This document shows positions 47,634 through 56,643 of a stretch of 64,000 nucleotides of DNA, one piece after another. Source of the stretch: Candidatus Bathyarchaeota archaeon (GTDB taxonomy: Archaea > Thermoproteota > Bathyarchaeia > Bathyarchaeales > Bathycorpusculaceae); assembly GCA_963826715.1 (NCBI GenBank), contig CAWGYA010000007.1:160001-224000 (forward strand). Direction: 5' to 3'. Both the position numbers and the translations under genes were made by a program. The first letter of the stretch is position 1; every line of letters starts with the position of its first letter. The notes under the pieces are model-generated. The model ran no database searches. It saw only the letters and a list, made by a program, of their open reading frames with translations, and had not been told where the DNA came from.

Positions 47634-48632
47634 ATGCAATCAAACTCTCTCACGGCCTTGGCTATAGAAATCATTGATAGGCATGGTAGTTTCGCGCTCA
47701 ATGAAGCTTCAAAATATATTTTGGAGAACAATGGTTGTGAAGGACTTATTTCTAAAGCATTAAAATATTATGCAAAGATGATTTTTCCGAGAGTTTTGCC
47801 TATCTTTCCAGCATTAATTGAATTATCCTGCGGATCGGTGGGTGGCAAACCCAATGAAACAAACCAAATAGCAACTGCAATGCTTCTAATTACCGCTTCG
47901 GGCGACATCCATGATGATATTATAGATAGGTCCACTCACAAGTTCCAAAGAAAAACTCTCTTTGGTAAGTACGGAAAAGACATTACTCTTCTCGCCGGAG
48001 ATGCCTTATTAATGCAGGGAATGGAATTACTCCAAAACAGCCTAGAACTTTTCCAACCTAAACAAAGAAACCAAATCTCCAAATTGATGACAAAAGCCAT
48101 GTATGAAATAACCGAAGCAGAAGCCATTGAAACTCAATTGTGGAAAAAAATTAACGTAAGACCAAAAGAATACTTTGAAGTAATAAATCATAAAGCAACA
48201 GTCGCGGAACTACACTGTAAGATTGGCGGAATAATCGGAGATGCGGACGAAGTTGCTTTAGAATGCATTTCTCGTTACGGTAGAACGATTGGTTTGTTAT
48301 CAACGATGAAAGATGAATTCTTGGATCTTGAGAATTTTGATGAATTTACAGATCGTGTGATCCACGAAATGCCGCCATACCCTGTTATTTGTGCTTTTCA
48401 AAATGAAGACATTAAAAATAAATTTATTCCAGTTATGAACCGTGATAAATTGTCAAAGAATGACGTAGCCTCAATTGCACAGGCGGTTTTAACCTCTGTT
48501 GAAGTGAAAACGCTAAAAGTCAAGCTGAGACAGATGGCTGAAAAAGAACTGTTGTATAATTATCTCTTGAAAGATAGCAAAATGGGAAAAGAGGCGGCAA
48601 TTATACTTGAGGCACTAGCTATTGAATTATAG
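47634..48632 (+). CDS. Degenerate trans-isoprenyl diphosphate synthase homologue (ComQ-like candidate prenyltransferase)
   Basis: FARM DIHDDIID, LLAGDALL and HKAT are present. The second motif is DEFLD, and the GKRxRP and RRG motifs are absent. Confidence 0.8.
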   Translation: MQSNSLTALAIEIIDRHGSFALNEASKYILENNGCEGLISKALKYYAKMIFPRVLPIFPALIELSCGSVGGKPNETNQIATAMLLITASGDIHDDIIDRSTHKFQRKTLFGKYGKDITLLAGDALLMQGMELLQNSLELFQPKQRNQISKLMTKAMYEITEAEAIETQLWKKINVRPKEYFEVINHKATVAELHCKIGGIIGDADEVALECISRYGRTIGLLSTMKDEFLDLENFDEFTDRVIHEMPPYPVICAFQNEDIKNKFIPVMNRDKLSKNDVASIAQAVLTSVEVKTLKVKLRQMAEKELLYNYLLKDSKMGKEAAIILEALAIEL

Positions 48633-48855
48633 CTAATTAAAAAAGTGCTTACCAACCGCCAAAAGTTCGAGTTAGTTTTTTGTTTTTCAAAGCTACTCCT
48701 TCCTCATTTGTAGTTTTGTAGTACAATAATACTTAAAAAGTTAGCGGTTGTAGGACACATCTACACTTCAATTTCAATCTAACCCCATAATACTGTTTAG
48801 TAATTCTGAATCCTTAATAATTCCCACGTTATAGGATGATTTAATGCGATAACGA

Positions 48856-50187
48856 ATGTCAAACAACGTACCCCTAAAGTCATCAAGGTTCAGCCTAACA
48901 AATGCTTCAGTCAGCAGCTTTTTGTTAGTGAACGCTTTCGTATGGTACCTTTGCGCGTTTAAATTTTTGCAAGATACAATTAACCTAAAAGGAATCTCGA
49001 GTGATTTATCACTGTTAGTAATAGGTGTAAACTTTTTAGCCTTTATTTTCTTTGGTTTTCTCACAACATGGCTTATTAACCGATTTAGTGACAGAAAAAA
49101 ATGGCTAAAATATTGGCTGATTGCAGGTCTTTTTGTCTCTGCAATATTTTTCTTCCTAAACTCAGCTGATTTTATAACTTTAACATTATTAGGCTGCACA
49201 ATAGGTGCATATTTTGGATTAGGAATGCCTGTGGTAGCCGGCTATTTTACTGCATGTACCGAACCAAAAAACAGAGCAAAATTTGGAGGCGCAGTAATTC
49301 TTTTATTAGTAGTATCTGTTCCAACTTTGACCATCATAGGAGCTTCAGAAACCTATCTAACTCCACTTGTCTTAGGTTTATGGTTAGTGATCGGTTTGGG
49401 ACTTTTATCGTTCAAAGCTCCCGAAAGTAAGGCTGAGCCAAAGAATCGGGCATCTTTTCGTTCTATCTTCTCAAATAGGTCTTTCTTGCTTTATATTTTG
49501 CCCTGGTTAATGTTCTCGCTAATAAACGACTTAGCCTCACAAGTAATCTCAAATTCCTTTAGTGGTTTTCCCTCATTCTTTTCACAAGGTTATGTGGTTT
49601 TCACAAATGTCCTAGCAGGAATTTGTGCACTCGCTTTCGGCTTTTTAGCAGACAAAAAAGGCCGAAAACGATTGGCTTTGGTAGGTTTTGCTCTCTTAGG
49701 AACGGCATACGCCGCCTTAGGTCTTTTTAACGGAAACTACGCTGTCGCATGGTTTTATGCAATCACCGATGGTGTCGCTTGGGGAGCATTCACCATGCTA
49801 TTCATAACGACACTATGGGGCGATATTTCTCAAGGCAAGAACGGTGAAAAATACTACCTTTTAGGAATTTTACCTTATCTTTTTTCAGTCTTTGCAGGCG
49901 ACTCAATGGGTGCATACTTAGCCCAGAACAACCTTATTTCGGAAACAACTGTCTTTTCTTTTGCTGCCTTCTTTCTATTCGCAGCAACATTACCTTTGTT
50001 TTATGCTCCCGAAACATTACCTGAGAAAGTAATCAAAGATTTGGACATTATGAGTTACGTGGAGAAAGCAAAGAAGAAAGCAGATGAAGGCACCAAAAAA
50101 ACCCGCAAAGAAGATAACTCCAATACCTCAATAGAAGATGACAAAAGCTACGAAGAAGCTAGAAAATTAGCAGAAAAATACTATTAA
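48856..50187 (+). CDS. MFS transporter
   Basis: About 12 TM helices; GFLADKKGRKR motif A; APETLP. Confidence 0.88.
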   Translation: MSNNVPLKSSRFSLTNASVSSFLLVNAFVWYLCAFKFLQDTINLKGISSDLSLLVIGVNFLAFIFFGFLTTWLINRFSDRKKWLKYWLIAGLFVSAIFFFLNSADFITLTLLGCTIGAYFGLGMPVVAGYFTACTEPKNRAKFGGAVILLLVVSVPTLTIIGASETYLTPLVLGLWLVIGLGLLSFKAPESKAEPKNRASFRSIFSNRSFLLYILPWLMFSLINDLASQVISNSFSGFPSFFSQGYVVFTNVLAGICALAFGFLADKKGRKRLALVGFALLGTAYAALGLFNGNYAVAWFYAITDGVAWGAFTMLFITTLWGDISQGKNGEKYYLLGILPYLFSVFAGDSMGAYLAQNNLISETTVFSFAAFFLFAATLPLFYAPETLPEKVIKDLDIMSYVEKAKKKADEGTKKTRKEDNSNTSIEDDKSYEEARKLAEKYY

Positions 50188-50211
50188 GCATGCGCAAGGT
50201 TAAGCATAAAC

Positions 50212-51342
50212 ATGTTCTTCCACGTGATACTCACCAGTGACTGCAACTTGCAATGCAAATACTGCTTTGGGGAGAGCCTTGATGACTTCGATGAGGCCTT
50301 CGGGGGAGACATAAAAATAGACTATGAATTACCACGAAACCTGAACTACGATCTGACGATGCTTAAGCACTTTTGTAGCCAGGATCCAGATTGTGTGCTT
50401 ACTTTCTATGGCGGTGAACCTCTGCTGCAAACAAGTAAACTGAGGGAAATAATGGACACCATCACACCTAAGCATTATATGATGCAGACTAACGGCTTGC
50501 TTCTTGACAAGCTCGAAGCTAAATACATCAATCGCTTCCACACTTTATTAGTATCAATTGATGGTGAAGAAGCCCTAACTGACCACTACCGTGGCAAAGG
50601 CACTTTCCGCAAAGTCATAGACAATCTAAAGCTGATTAGAAACAATGGTTTCAACGGTGAATTGATCGCGCGGATGACTATTATGGAGGAAACTGATATT
50701 GAAAAACAGGTCAAATGGCTCCTTCAAAATGATGAATTCAGCTTCACTTCAATTCATTGGCAGCTAAATGCTGGTTTTTGGGGAAATGATTTACCCAGGC
50801 GCAACTTTGAGCAGTGGAGCAAAAGTAGTTACATTCCTGGAGTTTACGCGCTGGTCCGTTTCTGGGTAGATTTCATGGACAAGCAAGGTAAGGTTTTGAA
50901 GTTATATCCCTTGTTGGGTATAGCAAACTCCCTTTTGCATGGAGAGAGGGATTGCCTTATGCGGTGCGGCGGAGGCTGGACAAACTATGCTATTCAAACT
51001 GATGGCTATCTAATTCCGTGTCCTACCATGTGGGGCATGAAAGACTATTATTTAGGGCACATAAAAAATACAAATCCGCTAAAACTGCGTAAAATGTTTG
51101 TTGAACAGAAACCCTGTAGCGAATGCAAAATCATAGGTATATGTGGAGGACGTTGCCTATATACTAACATAACCAAACGTTGGGCCGATCAAGACTATAC
51201 CAAAGTTTGCCAAACCGTTGAACAACTCATCGCTGCAGTGGAAGCTGAAATGCCCAAAATACGAAACCTGATACATGAGGGCAGAATTGGGCTAAGCGAT
51301 TTTGATTATGTAAAATATAACGGCTGCGAAATTATACCATAG
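50212..51342 (+). CDS. Radical SAM/SPASM enzyme (resembles the AF0577-type putative peptide-modifying family)
   Basis: CNLQCKYC, FYGGEPLL, QTNG, VSIDG; SPASM Cys set CGGG...PCP...CSEC.....CGGRC...C. Confidence 0.85.
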   Translation: MFFHVILTSDCNLQCKYCFGESLDDFDEAFGGDIKIDYELPRNLNYDLTMLKHFCSQDPDCVLTFYGGEPLLQTSKLREIMDTITPKHYMMQTNGLLLDKLEAKYINRFHTLLVSIDGEEALTDHYRGKGTFRKVIDNLKLIRNNGFNGELIARMTIMEETDIEKQVKWLLQNDEFSFTSIHWQLNAGFWGNDLPRRNFEQWSKSSYIPGVYALVRFWVDFMDKQGKVLKLYPLLGIANSLLHGERDCLMRCGGGWTNYAIQTDGYLIPCPTMWGMKDYYLGHIKNTNPLKLRKMFVEQKPCSECKIIGICGGRCLYTNITKRWADQDYTKVCQTVEQLIAAVEAEMPKIRNLIHEGRIGLSDFDYVKYNGCEIIP

Positions 51343-51391
51343 CTTTGTGGGGTATCCACTATATTTCATTTCCTGATTTCTCTCAGAAATA

Positions 51392-52519
51392 TTATTTTGA
51401 TAATTTTTCTTCTTGAGAGATATTGTGTTTGTTTTCATTATCGGTTTTCTTTCTTGCTTTCTGAAGGCGTCTCCTACTGATGAAGTTTGAGTCTGGAGCA
51501 AGAACTGTAAATTGAAAAGCAATGTATGACAGAACAGTTTTAATGAAGAAAATCACTACTCCACTTAGCAAAGCCACAGATGCTCCTATGGCGAAAGGAA
51601 CACCCAGCGCGTTGTAGATTTCACTTGAAATTATTTGAGCATACCCAATAAAAGCATATCCTTGAGCTTCAACATTACCTGCGACTGAACGAACTATTAC
51701 AACCTTGTCAAGTGGAATTAGTTGTCCAAGTGATGCGAACACAAAAAGTAAGGCGAGGACTTCAAATCCCCACGCAAAAAATGAAAGTATCATCGGTTTT
51801 ATAAGCACTCTAGTGTTTTGCAACAACTCCTTCATGCCTTCATGATAATCATCCAACGCTTTTTGCACCTTAATTTCCAATAGCGCGAGTCTTTTGCGAT
51901 TTCTACCCAGGGACGATATGAACCCGAATAGAGTACTGACAAACTTCTTTGCGCTGTTAGGTTTAAAACTAGCAAGGAGCAGTATGAAAAGCGGCAGAGT
52001 TAGAAGGAACATTATGCTCCCAAGAGTTATGAGAAGAGAACCTTCGAGAGTGTAGTTCAGTAGAAGCAGAATAATCCCAAGAATCATGCTGCCTAAGTTG
52101 AATATTGCTTCATATACATTCTTTGCAACAACCGAAGCTACAGCTTTACCACTTTCTATCTTTGGGTCTTTATTGAGAATATATGCTTTAAATAAGTCGC
52201 CTGACCATCCTCCCGGAATCAAATTATCTACAAATACTCCGACCCAATAGAGAATGTATGTTCGGCGAAAACTTAACCTAATCTTTAAGGTTTTGAGGAG
52301 CTGGAACCAAACTAGAGTGTGAAAAGTTAATGATATTAAGACGCTAGCGATTGCCAAAGCATAGATGCCTATGTTTACTTTTTCTATAACCGCAATTAAT
52401 TCGGCCAGACCAACGAAGTACAGAAGATAAAAAATCAGTCCTGTGTAGCCAAGTAACGCTGAAATAAGTATCCATTTTTTAATCGAAGGGCTAATCAAAG
52501 GATGTTGGTCTTTTGTCAT
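51392..52519 (-). CDS. Lysylphosphatidylglycerol synthase TM-domain (flippase-like) protein
   Basis: GVFVDNLIPGGWSGDLFKAY; multiple TM helices. Confidence 0.8.
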   Translation of the reverse strand: MTKDQHPLISPSIKKWILISALLGYTGLIFYLLYFVGLAELIAVIEKVNIGIYALAIASVLISLTFHTLVWFQLLKTLKIRLSFRRTYILYWVGVFVDNLIPGGWSGDLFKAYILNKDPKIESGKAVASVVAKNVYEAIFNLGSMILGIILLLLNYTLEGSLLITLGSIMFLLTLPLFILLLASFKPNSAKKFVSTLFGFISSLGRNRKRLALLEIKVQKALDDYHEGMKELLQNTRVLIKPMILSFFAWGFEVLALLFVFASLGQLIPLDKVVIVRSVAGNVEAQGYAFIGYAQIISSEIYNALGVPFAIGASVALLSGVVIFFIKTVLSYIAFQFTVLAPDSNFISRRRLQKARKKTDNENKHNISQEEKLSK

Positions 52520-52649
52520 ATAATCTATCGTAGGAAAGACGGAAGCTGGAATATATCAGGGTTACCAAATTTAATCTTCCACTAAATTAAAATCTGTTTT
52601 TCAAATCCCGCTTTCCTTATATAAACAGAAAACACATTAAGCCCTTAAG

Positions 52650-53168
52650 GTGCATAGTTTGCCCAAACTCGTTGCTGTTGTGGGAGCAAAGCATTCAGGC
52701 AAAACTACAATTATAGAGCATTTAATCGCGGAGATCAAAAGTCGAGGTTACACAATAGGCATTATTAAAGAGATGGTGCGCATCCCTAGCATAGATACAC
52801 CAGCTAAAGAAACTGATCGATATGCTAAAGCAGGCGCAGAAACTATCGTTGCAGTCCCGCAGAAAGAAACGGTATTTTTCATCAAGAAAAAGCTTACCTT
52901 AAAGGAAATTATGCTTCACTTAAAAGGCATAGATTTTGTGATTTTAGAAGGCTTTGAAATTGAAGCCTCAATCCCCAAAATTGTTGCCGCTAAAACCTCT
53001 GAAGAAGCCCACAGTTACCCAGCCAAGACCATTGCAGTCTCAGGCATAATCACCGATTCAGAAACAGAAACTAAGCTCGCTTTGGACTTAAAAATTCCGT
53101 TGCTTAGTAGTTTTAGTGAAATAAAGCAATTGGTTGATATAGTTGAGCATAAGGCGTTGGTTTTTTAG
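52650..53168 (+). CDS. mobB: Molybdopterin-guanine dinucleotide biosynthesis protein B
   Basis: VVGAKHSGKTT, ETDRYAKAGA, DFVILEGF. Confidence 0.85.
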   Translation: MHSLPKLVAVVGAKHSGKTTIIEHLIAEIKSRGYTIGIIKEMVRIPSIDTPAKETDRYAKAGAETIVAVPQKETVFFIKKKLTLKEIMLHLKGIDFVILEGFEIEASIPKIVAAKTSEEAHSYPAKTIAVSGIITDSETETKLALDLKIPLLSSFSEIKQLVDIVEHKALVF

Positions 53169-53677
53169 TTGACTTGGATCGCTGAGATGCCCCTAACCCA
53201 CCGTTGGGCATAAAGGTCATCACCGATGATTAACCGCAAGGGTCCCTCGCCGCCGTCTTTTAACAGCGTGAGAGGTGTGTCATCTTTTTTATAAGCGATT
53301 AGGGTGTTTTGGTTTTGTGCTTCCTCCATTGTTATAGTTGCTCCATAGCCGTCTTGAGCTTGCACAAAAACCGAAATGCCATTGATATTTGCTTGAGCTT
53401 GATTGAGTAGGTCTTTTAAGCAAACCCCTGTGTAATTGAAGACGCCATTATCTTCTGTTCTGCTACTGGAAGTCAAGCTCACCTGTATGGTCTTTGAAGG
53501 ATAAGATTCTAGTTCGGCAAATGTTAGAGTGATGGGATTGTGGACGTCGCCTTTAACCTGGAGTGAATTAAGCTGTGAATTATCGGGGTGCGTGTAAATA
53601 TAGAGAGGGACGGCCACTAGGATTAAAATTAATAAAAATATAAGGGCCCTTTTGGTATTTTTTTGCATTTTAGTCAC
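53165..53677 (-). CDS. Membrane-anchored sulfite-oxidase-fold (Oxidored_molyb) domain protein
   Basis: N-terminal TM; LQVKGDVHNP, YTGV.LKDLL, AQDGY, GPLRL, WVRGI. The canonical Mo-ligating Cys is not evident. Confidence 0.75.
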   Translation of the reverse strand: MTKMQKNTKRALIFLLILILVAVPLYIYTHPDNSQLNSLQVKGDVHNPITLTFAELESYPSKTIQVSLTSSSRTEDNGVFNYTGVCLKDLLNQAQANINGISVFVQAQDGYGATITMEEAQNQNTLIAYKKDDTPLTLLKDGGEGPLRLIIGDDLYAQRWVRGISAIQVN

Positions 53678-54607
53678 CTATGAAACCGTTATCTCAGACA
53701 TCCATCTGACCCAGTTTTGACCCCATTTAAACTCTTCAGTGGGTACAAACAAACGGAATGGTGCTCCATCATTGGGCGGGATGTATTTTCCGTTTTCTTG
53801 GTAACCAATTAACATGTCGTTACTTTGTACTTGTGCGAGAGTGAATTCTCTACTGTAGCCATCGATGGCAGTTACCGTGATTTTGGTTGCGTTTGAAAAT
53901 ATACCACTTGCCTGAAGTACGCTCTCGACAGTAACCCCGGTCCATTCTGATGTTCGCTGAGGTTCTCCACCAGGAGCAAAAGGGGCATTTACAGTTTTTA
54001 CTTCGTAGTTTGTAATGTTGTTTCCTGTCAGTACCATTGGATATGTAACTGAGCCATTGACGGTTATGGTCCAGGGATCTATGTTAATTTCCGCGACACT
54101 TTTAACGTTAAAGTTAGACTGTAAGCCTGGTGTAATGAGTTTTAGTGGTCCCTCGGATGTATCAGTTATCCAATGTCCATCTTTAGCTAAAGCTAAAATG
54201 AATTCGTTTCCCGAATATTGGGTACTGTTGTATGCTTGATAGGTGTTTATTGTTCGTTTGAAGCCGTCAGAGGAAATGATATTGATGAAGCCAGCGTTCC
54301 AGGATGCATTTGTTTCATTAAGAAGTTGTGTTACCGATACTCCTAGATATGTTGCAGTTTCATCTTTAATTGTAGTCGTGACTTTAGTCAAGTGCATACG
54401 AATTAAATCTGATATGCTAAGTGTCTTTTCAACTGCAACGTCCCCCGTGATCCTTAGTTCTGCGTTCGGAGAATTTCCGAATGGGATTTCTTGATTAGTT
54501 GTTTGAGGTTTGTTGATGTTGGTTAAATAATAAAGTGATGATCCCAGAGCAACTACCACAACGATAATTGTCATAATGGTTAAGACGATTTTTGTGTTTT
54601 TATGCAA
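53678..54607 (-). CDS. Membrane-anchored tandem sulfite-oxidase-fold domain protein
   Basis: Two repeats (YLGVSV..LL...SSDGF...GPLKL; WTGVTV...AIDGY...GAPFRL..WVRW); no Cys. Confidence 0.75.
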   Translation of the reverse strand: MHKNTKIVLTIMTIIVVVVALGSSLYYLTNINKPQTTNQEIPFGNSPNAELRITGDVAVEKTLSISDLIRMHLTKVTTTIKDETATYLGVSVTQLLNETNASWNAGFINIISSDGFKRTINTYQAYNSTQYSGNEFILALAKDGHWITDTSEGPLKLITPGLQSNFNVKSVAEINIDPWTITVNGSVTYPMVLTGNNITNYEVKTVNAPFAPGGEPQRTSEWTGVTVESVLQASGIFSNATKITVTAIDGYSREFTLAQVQSNDMLIGYQENGKYIPPNDGAPFRLFVPTEEFKWGQNWVRWMSEITVS

Positions 54608-55091
54608 TTTTTTTTCCTCCTAATCCAAGGGACCCTACTCTGACAAGAAGCATATTCGCGATGAACCCACCGACAAAACCACTGATTGCTGCAATTACAC
54701 TTAAAAAAGCAAGCACAACCCACGGCAAAAAAAGTACCGTAACGCCAACAAGTACAGTTCCTACAACGTTTGCCAGACTGGATGCCCCCATACAACATGC
54801 AAGGCAGCATGCTCTATGTCTAGAAAATAAAAAGAAAACGTCGATAGCTAAGCCCGGGGCAAGGTATATTATGAAATTAAGCAAGCCAAAGTTGCCAAAG
54901 GGTAGAATTAAGCTAATGAATGCTTGAGTAAGCGATACTAAGGATGCGGCGCCGATTTTACGGACAAAGCCAAACGCCATAATTGGCCACATCATGTATA
55001 ATCCGCCTAAAACAGCTCCTGTCGGGATGTAAGCTGCTCCTATGAATGGTCCCAATAACGGGTGAAGAAGATTTTTGGTTGCTAAGCCCAA
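54600..55091 (-). CDS. ECF transporter S component (frame stays open upstream to about 55170)
   Basis: GGLYMMW, VRKIGAA, YLAPGLAID. The upstream in-frame segment TVDLVIISLFASLG is typical of S-component N-termini. Confidence 0.75.
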   Translation of the reverse strand: MGLATKNLLHPLLGPFIGAAYIPTGAVLGGLYMMWPIMAFGFVRKIGAASLVSLTQAFISLILPFGNFGLLNFIIYLAPGLAIDVFFLFSRHRACCLACCMGASSLANVVGTVLVGVTVLFLPWVVLAFLSVIAAISGFVGGFIANMLLVRVGSLGLGGKKIA

Positions 55092-55182
55092 GCTTGCAAA
55101 AAGTGAAATAATTACTAGATCTACTGTTGCGATTCTTAGGTTGCTGTTGCGATTGGTTTGGTTTAGCAGATTCTTAAAGCTC

Positions 55183-55206
55183 CGATATTATATCTTGGTA
55201 ATATCG
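55183..55206. promoter_or_regulatory. ModE-like operator CGATATTA-N8-TAATATCG
   Basis: Perfect 8-bp inverted repeat between the TATA-like TTTTAAT and the ECF-S gene, right downstream of the ModE-like gene. Confidence 0.7.
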
Positions 55207-55241
55207 AGAAATTAAAACGTTACCATTAAAAATTCATGTAA

Positions 55242-55571
55242 TTATGAAATTTCTTTAAGAGTGGCCTCCAGTTTAGCCTGAGCTTTTCTAAAACGAAATA
55301 CCAAATCCTTTCCGACCATGGTTACCTCTGAGGAACCGCCGCCTTTTGCGCCACCGCGAACTCGTGTAACCAATGATTCCTCAAGCCGATCTTCTGCAAG
55401 CGTTATTCGGTGAAGTGCATAACGATAGGACATCCCTAATTCTTTGGCAGCCTCTAATATTGAGTGGTGTTTGTCTATTGCCTCTAGAAGTTGCGCTAAG
55501 CCATCCCCGAAGACTGCTTCGTTTTTCCCGTTTATCATCCAAAGTTTAAAATTGTAACTCAGTGGGTGCAT
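55242..55571 (-). CDS. ModE N-terminal-type wHTH regulator
   Basis: VFGDGLAQLLEAIDKHHSILEAAKELGMSYR...RGGAKGGGSSEVT. Confidence 0.88.
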   Translation of the reverse strand: MHPLSYNFKLWMINGKNEAVFGDGLAQLLEAIDKHHSILEAAKELGMSYRYALHRITLAEDRLEESLVTRVRGGAKGGGSSEVTMVGKDLVFRFRKAQAKLEATLKEIS

Positions 55572-55743
55572 TTCGCATTCACTAAAGTTAGTTAAGGTTT
55601 ATGCAAATAAATTTAATGCCAGTTTGTGTGGGTTTGGCTCTATTACGGTTCGCTTTTTTTAATGTTGAGGTTGCTTTGATGATCCAGCAACACTTTTATA
55701 GCATATATATTGTATATACAATTAATATTATTGCCGAACACGT

Positions 55744-56643
55744 TTGCAAATGGAGAACGGAAGTGCTAGAAAAACTATGCAAAAATTAGAACTCAACCAA
55801 ATTGTTGAAAAAGAACAACTTAATTCTGTAACTAAAAAAATCACCGTTTACGCTCCTGATATTGCAGCAAAAGCCAAAGCTGGGCAATTCGTAATCTTCA
55901 AAGTACATCAGGACAGCGAACGCATTCCCCTAACTTTATCCTCTTGGGATAAAGAAAAAGGCACTATCTCCCACATATTCCAAGAAGTAGGTTTTTCAAC
56001 AAAAGAACTCGGCGCACTTGAAGTCGGACAAAAAATCCAAAGCGTAGCAGGTCCATTGGGAAACCCGAGCGAAATCAAAAACTTTGGAACCGCTGCAGTA
56101 ATTTGCGGAGGCTTAGGTACAGCCGTGGCTTACCCTGTAGCTAAAGCCCTCAAAGAGGCCGGGAATAAAGTCATATCCATAATCGGTGCGAGAAGCGCTG
56201 AACTATTCATTTTGGAAGATGAAATGAAAGCGGTATCTGACGAGGTCTTCTTAACCTCAGACGACGGTACAAAAGGACAGAAAGGGTTTGTCAGTGACGT
56301 GCTTAAATCCTTGATCGCGAAAAATTACGACTTTAACATAGTTTTCGCTATTGGACCCCCCATTATGATGAGCGTAATAGCAGACATCACGCGACCCTAC
56401 AAAATCAAAACTATTGCCAGCCTAAACCCAATAATGGTAGATGGCATGGGGATGTGTGGTGCCTGCCGGGTTTCGATTGGTGACAAAACCCAATTCGCCT
56501 GCGTGGACGGACCAGAATTTGACGCTCACCAAGTTAACTTTAAAGAGCTAATGCAAAGGCTCAAATGTTACTGCACTGAAGAAAAACATGACGCCTTAAC
56601 AACTCAAAAACCAGGAGGAACATGCCAATGTCACAGCCAATAA
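55744..56643 (+). CDS. nfnA: NADH-dependent reduced ferredoxin:NADP+ oxidoreductase small subunit (NfnA/SudB)
   Basis: ERIPLT, GPLGNP, GGLG, MVDGMGMCGACRV...CVDGPEF. Confidence 0.9.
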   Translation: MQMENGSARKTMQKLELNQIVEKEQLNSVTKKITVYAPDIAAKAKAGQFVIFKVHQDSERIPLTLSSWDKEKGTISHIFQEVGFSTKELGALEVGQKIQSVAGPLGNPSEIKNFGTAAVICGGLGTAVAYPVAKALKEAGNKVISIIGARSAELFILEDEMKAVSDEVFLTSDDGTKGQKGFVSDVLKSLIAKNYDFNIVFAIGPPIMMSVIADITRPYKIKTIASLNPIMVDGMGMCGACRVSIGDKTQFACVDGPEFDAHQVNFKELMQRLKCYCTEEKHDALTTQKPGGTCQCHSQ

